From assembly GCA_951406725.2 (NCBI GenBank), contig OX597824.1, positions 44,702,001-44,766,000 on the forward strand: a DNA stretch of 64,000 nucleotides. The letters are read 5' to 3'. Source of the DNA: Octopus vulgaris (lineage: Eukaryota). Position 1 is the first letter of the stretch, and each line of letters starts with the position of its first letter. A model generated the notes under the pieces. That model had not been told where the DNA came from. It worked only from the letters and a program-made list of their open reading frames with translations, and made no database searches. Positions 52,152 to 64,000 of the stretch are shown one piece after another. Both the position numbers and the translations under genes were made by a program.

Positions 52152-55100
52152 TATCTCTCCCTCTCTTTTCACTGGTAAAACCTTTCTCAGCTATTTCCTC
52201 CTTACTACGCTACCTAATTACGTTACTCAGTGACGATAACGAATGTCCACTGCTAACACCAGCTCCTGTCCACGGCGTGGACAGGTCGGAAGAGAGATCA
52301 AAAGAAAAATGCTACGAAAACTATCACCACCACAACAACCCTCCTCTTCTCTGGCGCTGAATTTGCCCCCCTCCCCCCCCACATCTCCTTCCCAGTTTTC
52401 AGAGTTGGCACTATCAATGTTGGTACATTGACAGGCAAGTCTAGTGAGATTGTAGAGATGCTAGAGAGAAGACAGGTTGATGTATGCTGCATACAAGAGG
52501 TAAGATGGAGAGGTGTTTCGGGTAGGGTCCTCACGGGCAAGGCACTTAGGTACAAACTCTTCTGGCAAGGTAACGTGGAAGGTGTAGGGGGTGTAGGCAT
52601 TCTCCTTGCGGAGAAATGGGTGGATGAGGTCATAGAGGTTGTCAGGGTTTGCGATAGAGTGCTTAAGCTCAGGTTGGTCCTACAGAGTGGCACAGCTATG
52701 ATTATCTCCACCTATGCCCCACAAGCGGGACTACCAAATGATCAGAAGGACAACTTTTATGATAGCCTTCTGCAGGCTACTTCAAAGACTAGTAGCAAGG
52801 ACCTCATCTTTGTAGGTGGAGATTTTAATGGGCATGTTGGGCGGGAATCGGGTATCTTCACTGGGGTACATGGTGGCTATGGTATTGGCACCAGAAATGA
52901 TGAGGGAACTAGACTGCTGGAATTCTGTGATGCATGTAACCTTTCAATCTGCAACACTAACTTCAAGAAGCCAGTCTGCCACCTTATAACTTATCAGTCA
53001 GGAGACTCCGCTAGCCAAATAGACTTCATCCTCACCAGACAGCGGGATGCAGGGTTGCTCTTGAATACAAAGACCCTCCCGGGTGAAGAATGTATCCCTC
53101 AGCATAGACTAATCATCAGTGACTTTAAGCTTGAGGCCAGAAGGACTCCAAGAAACAAACCAATCCAGAAAAGAAGGATTTGGAGGCTAAAGAACCCTTC
53201 ACATGGTCAGAAATTTAGGGACATACTCATCAAGAAATTTGATGAGAGGGAGGAGGAGCTTCAGACGTCAGACATAGAAGGTAGCTGGGAATTCCTACGG
53301 GACAGCTTGCTGAGTGCCACAGACCGAGTCTGTGGATGGTGCAAAGTCCCTTCCAGACCTAGAATTACGTGGTGGTGGAATAGTGCAGTAGATAAAGCCA
53401 TCTGTAAAAAGAGACGGGCCTGGAAAGCCTGGAAGGATGGGGGCAGCAGGGAACTGTACCAGATAGCCAAAAGGGAGGCTGGGCAGCAGGTATACATAGC
53501 CAAAGATGTAGCAGAAAAGAAGAAGTTTGCCAATGTCCAGCGACGCGAGGATCAAAGAGCTGAAGTATTTCGGATCGCCAGACAGTGTGTCAGAGAAAAT
53601 AGTGATGTTATAGGAGAGAAATGTGTCCGCATGGATGATGGGGCACTTGCTTTTACTGCTAGTGAAAAGAAAGAGGCTTGGAGAAGCCATTATGAAAGAC
53701 TGCTGAATGAGGAGAATGAATGGGAGGAGGAGAGCCTGCCAAATGTTGACCCAGTAGAGGGACCAGCTACCCGAATAGACAGCTCCCTTGTAGATAAGGC
53801 AATTAAGGATATGAAACCAGGCAAAGCCCCTGGCCTATCAGGAATCACTGCTGAGATGCTTAAAACAGCTGGTTATGTGGGCTATACCATAGTCACCCGC
53901 ATTGTAAACCAGGTAGTTCACAATGGAGTCATACCCAATGACTGGTGCAGCAGCACCATAGTCAACTGCTACAAGGGTAAGGGTGATGCTCTAGATAGAA
54001 ATAACTACAGAGGTATCAAACTGTTGGACTAGGTGATGAAGGTCTCAGAGAAGATCATAACCCATCTCATTAGGGAGAGAATTTGTTTAGATGAAATGCA
54101 GTTCAGTTTTGTACCAGGTAGAAGCACCACTGATGCTATATTCCTGGTCCGACAACTGCAGGAGAAGTACCTAGCTAAAGATAAACCCCTCTACATAGCT
54201 TTTGTAGACTTGGAGAAAGCCTTTGACAGGGTTCCCCGTTCCCTCATCTGGTGGTCGATGCGGAAACTGGAGATTGAAGAATGGCTAATAAGGGCTGTAC
54301 AGGCTCTATACAGAGAGGCTGTCAGCAAGGTTAGGATTGGCAATGAATATAGTGAAGAATTCCGGGTAGAAGTAGGTGTGCACCAGGGCTCAGGCCTCAG
54401 TCCCCTTTTATTCATCATAGTCCTTCAGGCAATAACAGAGGAATTCAAAACGGGATGCCCCTGGGAGCTCCTCTATGCCGATGACCTAGCTCTCATAGCA
54501 GAATCACTACCGGAACTAGAAGAGAAATTTCGGGTGTGGAAGCAAGGGTTGGAATCAAAGGGCCTTAGAATAAATGTAGCAAAGACCAAAGTATTTGTAA
54601 GCAGCAAGAGGTACTCAGCACACACCCCCTCGGGTAGGTGGCCCTGCTCAATCTGTAGGAAAGGTACAGGTAGAAACTCCATAAGATGCACCCAATGTAA
54701 GTTATGGACACATAAGAGGTACAGCAACATTAAAGGGAAATTAACAGATAAGATAGCTTTCATGTGCAGCAGATGCACAGGGACAATAGACACAACAGAC
54801 ACTCAGAAAACAGATTCCATCACACTCCAGGGAGAGAAACTAGAAGTAGTTGATAGTTTCCGCTACCTGGGTGACCAAGTTAGTAGCGGAGGTGGATGCA
54901 CAGAGAGTATCACCACTAGAATACGAATAGCCTGGGCAAAGTTCAGAAAGCTCCTACCCCTACTGGCAACAAAAGGTCTCTCCCTCAGAGCGAAAGGTAG
55001 ATTGTATGATGCATGTGTGCGAACTGCCATGCTTCACGGTAATGAAACATGGGCAGTGACTGCAGAGGACATGCGTAGACTTGAAAGAAATGAAGCTAGC

Positions 55101-55737
55101 ATGATCCGCTGGATGTGTAGTGTCAGTGTGCACGCAAGACAGAGTGTAAGCATCCTAAGAGAAATGCTGGATATAAGAAGCATCAGATGTGGTGTGCAAG
55201 AGCGACGCTTGCGATGGTATGGTCATGTGCTGCGGATGGATGAAGAGAGATGTGTGAAGAAGTGCCACTCCCAAACAGTTGAAGGTATCAGGGGGAGAGG
55301 TAGACCCAGGAAGACATGGGATGAGGTAGTCAAGCATGACCTCAGAGCATTGGGCCTCACTGAGGCAATGGCGAAAGACCGAGATCTCTGGAGATATGCT
55401 GTGACTGCAAAGACCCGGGCTGCTTTCTGCAGCAATTCCACATACCCCCTACCCATTCAAAGTACCCTGGACCCAGTTGCCCCCGTGCCGGTGGCACGTT
55501 AAAAGCTCGAACCGATCGCGACCGATGCCGGACCCCCCGGCCCCTGTGCAGGTGGCACGTAAAAAGCACCCAATCCACTCACGGAGTGGTTGGCGTTAGG
55601 AAGGGCATCCAGCCGTAGAAACTCTGCCAAATCAGACTGGAGCCTGGAGCGGCCCCTGGCTTCCCAGACCCCGGTCGAACCGTCCAACCCGTGCTAGCGC
55701 GGAAAATGGACGTTAAACGATGATGATGATGATGATA
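52151..55737 (+). mobile_element. Near-intact full-length RTE-clade LINE (about 3.6 kb)
   Basis: Starts after (TA)n. APE-RT frame, 3' UTR hairpin repeats and (GAT)n tail. Confidence 0.93.
52428..55502 (+). pseudogene. LINE APE endonuclease-reverse transcriptase ORF with embedded PHD-like finger, split by one in-frame TAG (54030-54032)
   Basis: APE: CIQEVRW, YAPQ, GDFNGHVG, SQIDFIL. RT: KPGKAPG, NYRGIKLL, FVDLEKAFD, GVHQGS, YADD, YLG. The two listed ORFs are contiguous and in the same frame. Confidence 0.92.
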
Positions 55738-55741
55738 TAAG

Positions 55742-56062
55742 TGAAGGCGAGCGGCTTAGTGGTTAGGGCATTCGGCTCATGATCATAAGTTCGAGAGTTC
55801 AATCCCCAGCGATGTGTTGCGTCCTTGAGTAAGACACTTTATTTGACGTTGTTCCAGTCCACTCAGCTGGCAAAAATGAATAGTACTTGTATTTCAAAGG
55901 GCCAGCCTTGTCACACTCTGTGTCATGCTGAATCTCCCTGAGAACTATGTTAAGAGTGCACAAGTCTGTGGAGTGCTCAGCCACTTGTATGCTAATTTCA
56001 TGAGCAAGCTGTTCCATTGATTGTATCAGCTAGGACCTACGTCGTTGTAACCGACAGAGAGC
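55742..56062 (+). mobile_element. tRNA-derived SINE, family D
   Basis: GGCTTAGTGGTTAGG (box A), GAGTTCAATCCC (box B), then GTCCTTGAGTAAGACACTT..TCCAGTCCACTCAGCTG body. Decayed copies at about 17930-18080(-) and 20760-20920. Confidence 0.75.
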
Positions 56063-56079
56063 TCCTATATATATGTGTG

Positions 56080-56368
56080 TGTGGAAGCACAATGGCCCAG
56101 TGGTGAGGGCAGCGGACTCGCGGTTTCGATTCCCAGACCAAGCGTTGTGAGTGTTTATTGAGCAAAAACACCTAAAGCTCCATGAGGCTTCGGCAGGGGG
56201 TGGTGACGATCCCTGCTGTAATCTTTCGCCACAACTTTCTCTCACTCTTTCTTCTGTTGGCCTGCTCGCTTAGCCAGCAGGGTGGCATCATTTGAAGGCT
56301 AAAACAATGTGAAGCGCATTGTGACCAGCGATGTGTAGCAACATCTGATAGCCTGGTCGGTCACGGTG
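56080..56368 (+). mobile_element. tRNA-derived SINE, family B
   Basis: Collinear with the reverse complement of 598-876. Flanked by TA/TG repeats. Confidence 0.8.
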
Positions 56369-59300
56369 ATATATATATATATATATACTTTATTTAAAGC
56401 AGCAGAAAATTCAACAAAAATTTTCTGCTGCTTTAAATAAAGCAGATTACTCTACCACTGGTATTTGAGTACTCTTTTTTCCACCTTGTTTCACATTTAT
56501 GTGTTTACTCCAGTATGTATATATATATATGTACACATATATCTATATACATACACATTTATCTACATGATGGGTTTCTTTCAGTTTATATCTATGAAAT
56601 ACACTTACAACCTTTTGGTCAGCCCAAGGCTATTGTAGAAGACAGTTGTCCAAAGTGCCATGCAGTGGGACTGAACATGAAATTATGTGTTGAGAAGCAA
56701 ACTTTTTATCCATGCAGCCATGTTGAAAGCCATCTCAGAGTCAAAGAACTGAATTTGGATTGTGAAACTATTTTGCTATAACTTTATTCTTATCATTTGT
56801 GCTTACCTCATTCATTTTATGGCTGCAAGGACACATATTTATAAGAAAAGTGATTTCAAATTATGCAATATTCACACTTCAAGAGTTTGGTTTGACAAAA
56901 TTTTATTTGGTTCTAATAAAAAATACTTAAAATGTAATTTGAAAAATCACCTTTATTTTCTCTGTTTTATTTCTGATAATATTTTTTAATGTGTGTCACT
57001 ATCATGTAATTAGTGTCCTTCATCTCCAATATTCTATAAAAACAGGCGGGGATTGGCCAAAGTAGAAAATCTGCCTCAACAAACTCCATCCAACCTTTGC
57101 GAGTATGAAAAAGTAGACATTAAAACATCAACAATGATGATGATGAGTTTTATCTTTCAACATTTGACTCAGTTTATTTCTAATGTTTGCTTTTCTTACA
57201 AACTGACAATGCCAAGTAAATTAGATATCCACGTTTGGTTTTATATCATAAATACTTGTCACGCTAGATTATCTGAGGATTTTAACTTCGTTAATCCAAC
57301 TGTTTGTTTACTGAGGAAATTAACCTGTCAAAGATTTCCTTCCTGCTATGGAAAAATATTTTTCAATCATTTATTTCAATAAAATGTCAAACACTTAAGT
57401 ACAAGTTATTGCTTCAACTACAATAGATTGAGCCATCTGTTTTCAATACAAAATGGTTTCTTTTTCACAAACGGAAGGACACAGTTACTTGAATTAATCA
57501 ATTGGATGGGAGTAGTGCATTTACAGAAATGGCAGAGAGCCAGAATAAGCTGTATAACAAATCTAGTGTTGGTTTTCTATATTCTAATTTTGAGTTTTGC
57601 TCTTACATTTCTGAAAATTTAATAAAAGAAACACCAGTAACCCATTGGAGTCAGTTTATTGGTGTTTATCTTCTTTATAAATGTTGGTATTGTGTTTATT
57701 CCATGGAATTTTATTCAATAAGCAGAAGACATTTGGACACATACTCAACTGTTTCTACTTAAATGATTTCTGAATTATTATTATTATTAATAATATTTCT
57801 AACTTTGTTAAAGTGGTGAGCTGACAGAATTGTTAGCACACCAGTCAAAATGCTTGGCAGCATTTCATCCATCTCTATATTCTGAATTCAAATTCTGCTA
57901 AGGTTAACATTGATTCTTATCCTTTTGGAGTCAATAAAATAAGTACCAGTCAAGTACTGGGGTTGATGTAATCAACTTACTCCTTCCCCCAAAATTACTG
58001 GCATTGTGCCAAAATTTGAAATCAATAACCCATTGAATAAACTTTAGGCAAAGTGCTTAAAATAATACCACTGTTACATATCAACAAGAAGCCTAATTAA
58101 AGACAGCTAGGAAATATAATATCCAACTATATTATTTTGTAATATCTATTCCAATATGTCTCTACTTTTGATTCCTCTAGTATCAATAATACAAGCTATA
58201 GTAACATGTAGGGAAGTATTCTACCAATTCTTCTTCCAATTTACCCAGTCTGATTTTTTTTAAATATACAAGTATCTATAAATAAGAATTTCTCAGCAAA
58301 CTTATTGTAATATTTGCTGTTAGTAACTCTGCCTAAATCATCTTTACTTTACATCCTTTTGGAGTTTAAGTACCAGTTGAGCACTGGGGCCAATGTAATT
58401 GACTTACCCACTCCCTCGGAATTGCTGGCCTTGTACCAAAATTTGAAATCAATTTTTGCTGTTAGTGATATATCAAATATACTCTTATATTATTTTATGA
58501 GTTTCACCCATGGGGCTGTGACTATACTATAGCTTCACCTTTAAATTAAATAGACTCTATTAACTGACTGGCAATTATTTTATGCAATCAATAACAAATT
58601 AATGGGTAGCACACCAAGGAAGCATAGTTAGAATATTAAAGTAAGTGTTCATTGTAGCTAATATTCTAACGTTCTAGAGTGGTAAACTGGCAGAATCAAA
58701 TTAAATGTCATGCACTATTTAGTTGTGGTCTTTTATATTCTGAGTTCAAATCCTGGTAAGACTGACTATGCCTTTCTTCTTTCTAGAGTTGACATAAATA
58801 ACTAAAGTACTGGGGTTGGTATAACTGACTGTTACCTTCCCAAATTTGTTTTACCTTCTGCTTATGTAAGAAAAAGTTTAAATCCAATTGGCTTCAACCT
58901 TATCTTTAATTTCCCCAATATTAATAAATCAAACACTAAAACATACGACATTGAACTAATATACTGGTTCCTTTATTACACAAGTTTTATCTTGTTTAAA
59001 AAAAAAAAATCAGTGAAAGGAACTTACAAAGAAGTCTTTCGCGCTAAAAAGAGTTACTTCCCCTTAACTATTCTTAGTTTCTTCCTTTTTTTTTTTTTTT
59101 TTTGGATGTATGGATACAGGATAACTATGTTAAATTAATATCAAGAATTATACATTTTCAAACAATCTGTATTAAATCGAAATTACAAATGTAATAAATT
59201 AATTGAAAGTCATTAACATTACATTTTATACCAAATTGCTTTGTAAGAGTTTATGTAGAAATTTAAAAATGAAATGATGGAAGATTGAAAGATTTGTAAG

Positions 59301-61476
59301 AACAAAATCATTTCCTTAACATATACAAAGCTATGCAAGTAAAGCAAATTATTGGAGAAGATTACCTTTAGTAGTATATTGTCCACGAGAATATGATCAT
59401 CATAGTATTTGTATGAAATGTAATGTTTTTTATCACACCATATCATTTAAAAAAAAAGGGAACATGTTGGATATATTACATTTGAGAAAAAAATAACACA
59501 AAATGGGTTATGAATGGTTTGGATGCCTTTTATCACAAATCTGCTCAATCAGGACTGACAAACAAGAACTACTGTTATGTTAGCTGGCAGCAAACTAGCA
59601 GAATCGTTAGCACACTGGACAAAAGTGCTAAGTGGCATTTCATCCGTTTTTACGTTCTGAGTGCAAATTGCCTTCATCCTTTTAGAGTTGATAAAATAAG
59701 TACCAGTTGAGCATCAGGGATGATGTAATTGACAAGCACTCTCCCCAAAACTTCAGGCCTTGTTCTATTGTAGAAAGAATTATGTTAGTTGCAGAACTTA
59801 AGCGAAAAAATGGTCTTTTTTCTACTAAAAGGAAACTAAAATGTAGGCAAATACATTCACCAAAAGTTTTAAAGGAGATCCTGTTAGCAGTACCACAGCT
59901 ACCTGACAAACATCAACTGTACACAGATTACTCACAATCCACACTGTTCCTGCTAATTAGAATAGAAATCAAGTGCCAGAATTAGTGCAGTAATTACCAT
60001 AGAAAATGAGTTTGAATCAACAAACTGTATTTCCTCCCACCTAGAAAAACGGTTTGTACCCAGAAAGAAATCATTTCTTTTTTCATTGCAATGTTAACAA
60101 CTCCAACCAGGGTATTTTACTGCTGCAACTACTCTAACTCCCATCAATGATTGCTACAGTAAATACTGTGGAGTATTGCAGTTGTTTTACATATAAACAT
60201 GATGATTGTACTGGAACAGATATATGAGTGAACAATACTAAACTAGCTATGAAAATAAGAGTTATTATTAATGGAAATAAATGGGATCACTTTCAAAATC
60301 TTACAAGATATGAAACTCTTGCCAGAGTTGAAGTTATTATAGCTGAGATTATTTCATCTTTATTTCTTGAGGTGGACATTTTGAGCACTGCTTTTGTTTG
60401 TTTTTTATTCTTTTGGGAATTGATGTCCGATTCCATGTTGAATACTTTATTAACACCTGGCTAAGCCAAATGAAGGATAACTCAACAGAACACTTAGAGG
60501 CAGCAGTTCAAATTTAATGAGGAATATTAGCATTAATTTCAATGTTTGGGCATCCAGGTGGTTTTTGATCACCTAGGCATCTTGCTTATTGAGTTAGTAT
60601 GTGGAGTATTCAACAGACTCTTAATGTAATTTTCAAGTAGAATAGCAAGACACTTGTGCTTATACCTCTATTGTACTTCAGCTTTTCAACATCTGACATA
60701 AAGCCACTTTTTTCCTCCCAAATACTCCCAATTTAAAAGCTTTTCCTTTTTATTATCCTTGCTCTTCTGTCTAGTAAGTTACCTGGCAACCTCACTAGTG
60801 CTAGTGGCACAGAAAAATGCACCCAGTACACTCTGTAAAGTGTGAAAACCATGCTAAAGCTGACATTGGTGCTCAACATGGCCTTGAAGCTCACCAGATC
60901 CTGTAAAACTATCCAACCTATGCCAGCAGAGAAAGTGGACATTAAATGATGATGAATCAGCATGATGCAAATGTGACAAGGATGGATTTTTAGAATTACA
61001 AATACAGTCCATCTAAATGAGTCTCTATCAATCCAAATTCACTAACTGGGCTTAAGTCAACCCAAAGCTATGGTGTAAACGCTCTTACCTAAGATGTCAC
61101 ACAGTAAAATCAAACCTAAAACTTTTCTTAACCATTCAGCCATCCCTATGTTCTAATTTAATACATAATACATAAAAGTAACTTGCACACTATGAGATAA
61201 GAATAACATAGAATGCACAGTATTTACCCAACAATAAATGTGTGACTGATTATAATTATTGTTTTTTAGATAATATATCCTCACTTATCCATTTAGCTCC
61301 TAGGAATGGATCAATTTCTGAGTTAGGAAACATATAAAATTATTAAAATAAGCAACAAAAAATATCATGAAACCAATCAGATTTCATGGTTTGTGAGTTT
61401 TTCAAGTTGATTTTTCAATATATAATATCTACTGAAATAAAGTCAAAAAGATATGTAAGAGACAAATGGTAACAGG

Positions 61477-61825
61477 TTACTTATCAGATTTATTTATATC
61501 TAAATCTAATATATTTGAAGAAACTCGACTTATTTGTTCATTATCTGTCTTAAATACATCTGAACTGTCTTTGCTCTCATTACTTGAGTCAGCTTTGTTA
61601 TTAGAAAGAGTTTCAATCTCAGAGTTATTATCATCACAGTTATCAGAGGCTTCCTCACTATCACTGGAGTCTGAATTGGGAATATGAGCGGGACACACAT
61701 GTCTGTTGTAGTTATTTACTAAAGTACCAAGATCTTCTTCATCAGAGTCAGAAGGTGGTAACATATCATCAGGAATCTGTGCTTCATCTTTTTTATTAGC
61801 AACATCTGCAGCAAACGCTTCAGGC
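61477..61825 (-). CDS. EIF1AD: EIF1AD (probable RNA-binding protein, eIF1A domain), last coding exon; upstream exons not found in the window
   Basis: Minus-strand acceptor tttttcag|G CCT GAA GCG TTT gives (W)PEAFAADVANK...SDEEDLGTLVNNYNR plus an acidic tail. This matches the EIF1AD C-terminus as recalled (WPEAFSEVAEK...DDSDLFVNTNR...EEESEEEE). Confidence 0.8.
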
Positions 61826-62750
61826 CTGAAAAATATGAGAATATCTTGAATATTTAATTTTTGAGTACCATTTGATGAGACTAATAAGCAATAAAAACCA
61901 AAGCAGTCATTACTCCTTTACTAACAATAATCTTATCACCATATGGGGGAAAATTATGAGAAATGTTTTAATGGGTTCATAATTAGCATTAAGAAATACA
62001 TGCAACAACGTAAGTACTTAAATAATTTATATGTACCAGTATTTTCAAAATTATTCAGTTTCTAAGTTTCAGTCGAACAAATCCTGATTGAGTAAAACCA
62101 ATGAGCAAAAGCATTCCAGCCAAGACCACCCCATGTTGCTTTTTCCTGTAATATGCATTTAAAACTACACAACTGAATGTAGTCTTAGATTTTGGTTTTC
62201 ATAGCTGAGAAGTAGGGTGTGACTGAAGGGAAACTTGGTTCTATTTCTAGCAAGATGAGTAACCACATAGAGGCTCCTTTGTAACAATAAACAGCTCATG
62301 TATGTAGGTAAAAGATGTTTCCTCAGTTTTTAACAAAGTGGCACAGAAGCAAGCTAGACATAGAAAGAAGAGCCACTGTCTACAAAACAAAGTATGGTGA
62401 AGTATGTTTCTCTTTCCTTGAGGAATTACTCATATTGTCTACTCAACCAACTAAATGCAATCCAAAAGAATGCTCTTAGAGTTATTGCAGCTGACAGAGC
62501 TGATGCTGCAAAAACATTTGCTAGAAATAGCTTACACTGTGAAATGAGATAAATAGTCCATGATGATTTTTTAGATTTTCTAAATAACTATCTGAGGGAT
62601 TTTGAAGAAAATTTACATGATAGTATACAGTACACTATTTTTGGTTTGTATACAAAATTTAGTAATTGCAGCGTTTTTAATTTTCATATTAATCAACAAT
62701 TATCTTTTTCAGGTGAACAGAATTAATAGATCTATTATTCATTTCAAAAG

Positions 62751-63800
62751 ATGGGGTGGGGAAAAGCTCTTACAGAATATGAGAGGAACTAGATTATAAA
62801 AGAAATAAGTAAAGGCAAGTCTGCAGATGAAGTGGCCAAGAAACTAGGTTAAGTCTGCAGATGAAGTGGCCAAGAAACTAGGCTGTCATGTGAAAACAAT
62901 TCATAGATATTTACAAAATCCCAAGTATTGGAATGAGTGCAGTGATAAAGGCAAGTCCTGAACAGTCACAGTGCAAGACATTTCCTATCTCAAGCGATGC
63001 TTACTTAATCCTGGATGTACAAATAAAGCTTTATTTGCAGACGCTGGCATTGAAAATGTCTCCAAAACAACCAGAAATAAAGTAATTGGGAGCTTTGTGA
63101 AAGAGAAGAAACCTGCTTGCAAGCCTCTGTTGACTCCCAAACACAAAAAAGCTTGGTTAGAATGGGATAGAATATATATGAAGACTAATGTCAAGCATAT
63201 TTTGTTCACTGACGAGTGCCAAGCCATGCTAGATGGGCCTGATGGTTGGGCTAAAGGATGGGTGTTTTATGACAACCCCACTCACATACGTTTGTGCACT
63301 CAGCAAGGGAGTGGAGGAGTCATGTTTTGGGCTGGAATCATGGGAGACAGGATGATCAGTCTATTTAAAGTGCCAGAAGGTGTGAAGAATAATACTATCA
63401 CATACTGTAACTCTATTAGGGATTTCCTAACTGACTGGCTGGATGAGCTCCCATTATCTGAGCTTAGCAAGGTTATTTTTATGCATGGTAAGACCCCACT
63501 ACATGTGGCTAAGAGAACCGAAGTGGTCCTTTCCTCATTGGGATTCAAAGGAGAAACCCTAATGAAGTGGCCAGCCTGTTCTCCAGATTTGAATTCCATC
63601 GAGAACCTCTGGAGCATCATCAAAAGTGAGACCTACCAGAATGGCAAGCAGTACACATCTAAGGAAACACTTTGGAAGGCAATACACGACTCTGCTAAGG
63701 CAGTCCTACCATCTACTATCAAAACACTGACTGAATCCACTAACAATCACATTTTTGAGGTCATGAAACAAAATGTTCATACACCAAACACTAATCATAG
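62751..63800 (+). mobile_element. Tc1-like transposase pseudogene of DD37E/TRT type, in an EIF1AD intron
   Basis: MGWGKALTEYE..AKKLGCHVKTI (HTH), FTDE..LDGPDGW, QQGSGGVMFWAGI, FMHG (D mutated), WPACSPDLNSIENLW. Stops and a 34-bp duplication in the 5' part. TIRs were not resolved. Confidence 0.88.
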
Positions 63801-64000
63801 AGTCAAAACTTCTGTGAATATGTTATTTATGTATTTTGTTGTTCAATGGTACATTTGTGTCATATGAGTTGTTTAAAATAATTCTTCTTGAAATAGTTGG
63901 TATTTCTATCCTTATCAGTGATCAAAACTACATTCTTATACCAGGACTATTATCGCAGGACACCTGAAAAACAAGTATGCTAAATAATATGAAAACCAAG

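Overview
This is AT-rich, microsatellite-dense animal genomic DNA. The repeat families look like those of Octopus (inference from recalled SINE/LINE consensus; I could not run a search). Two host genes face each other. The first is a + strand FAM194-domain gene of the C3orf20 type, rebuilt by hand from 12 phase-compatible GT-AG coding exons (6226-49304, about 751 aa), with a second phase-compatible last exon at 50282-50441. The second is the last coding exon of EIF1AD on the - strand (61477-61825). Introns and the intergenic space hold one near-intact RTE-clade LINE with a PHD-type zinc finger inside its RT region, and decayed RTE, HERO-like, R4/Dong-like, Ty3/Gypsy, mariner and DD37E Tc1-like elements. 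There are also several MITEs and many tRNA-derived SINEs. The most unusual structure is at 2815-3416: a head-to-head palindrome of a tRNA-headed (Pol III box A/B) unit ending in a Penelope-type hammerhead ribozyme, with a one-sided tail and an 8-bp target duplication. It is a candidate Penelope-mobilised SINE/retrozyme hybrid. A second hammerhead with a complete core lies inside another Penelope-like inverted repeat at 5326-5368. All family calls rest on motif reading by eye.
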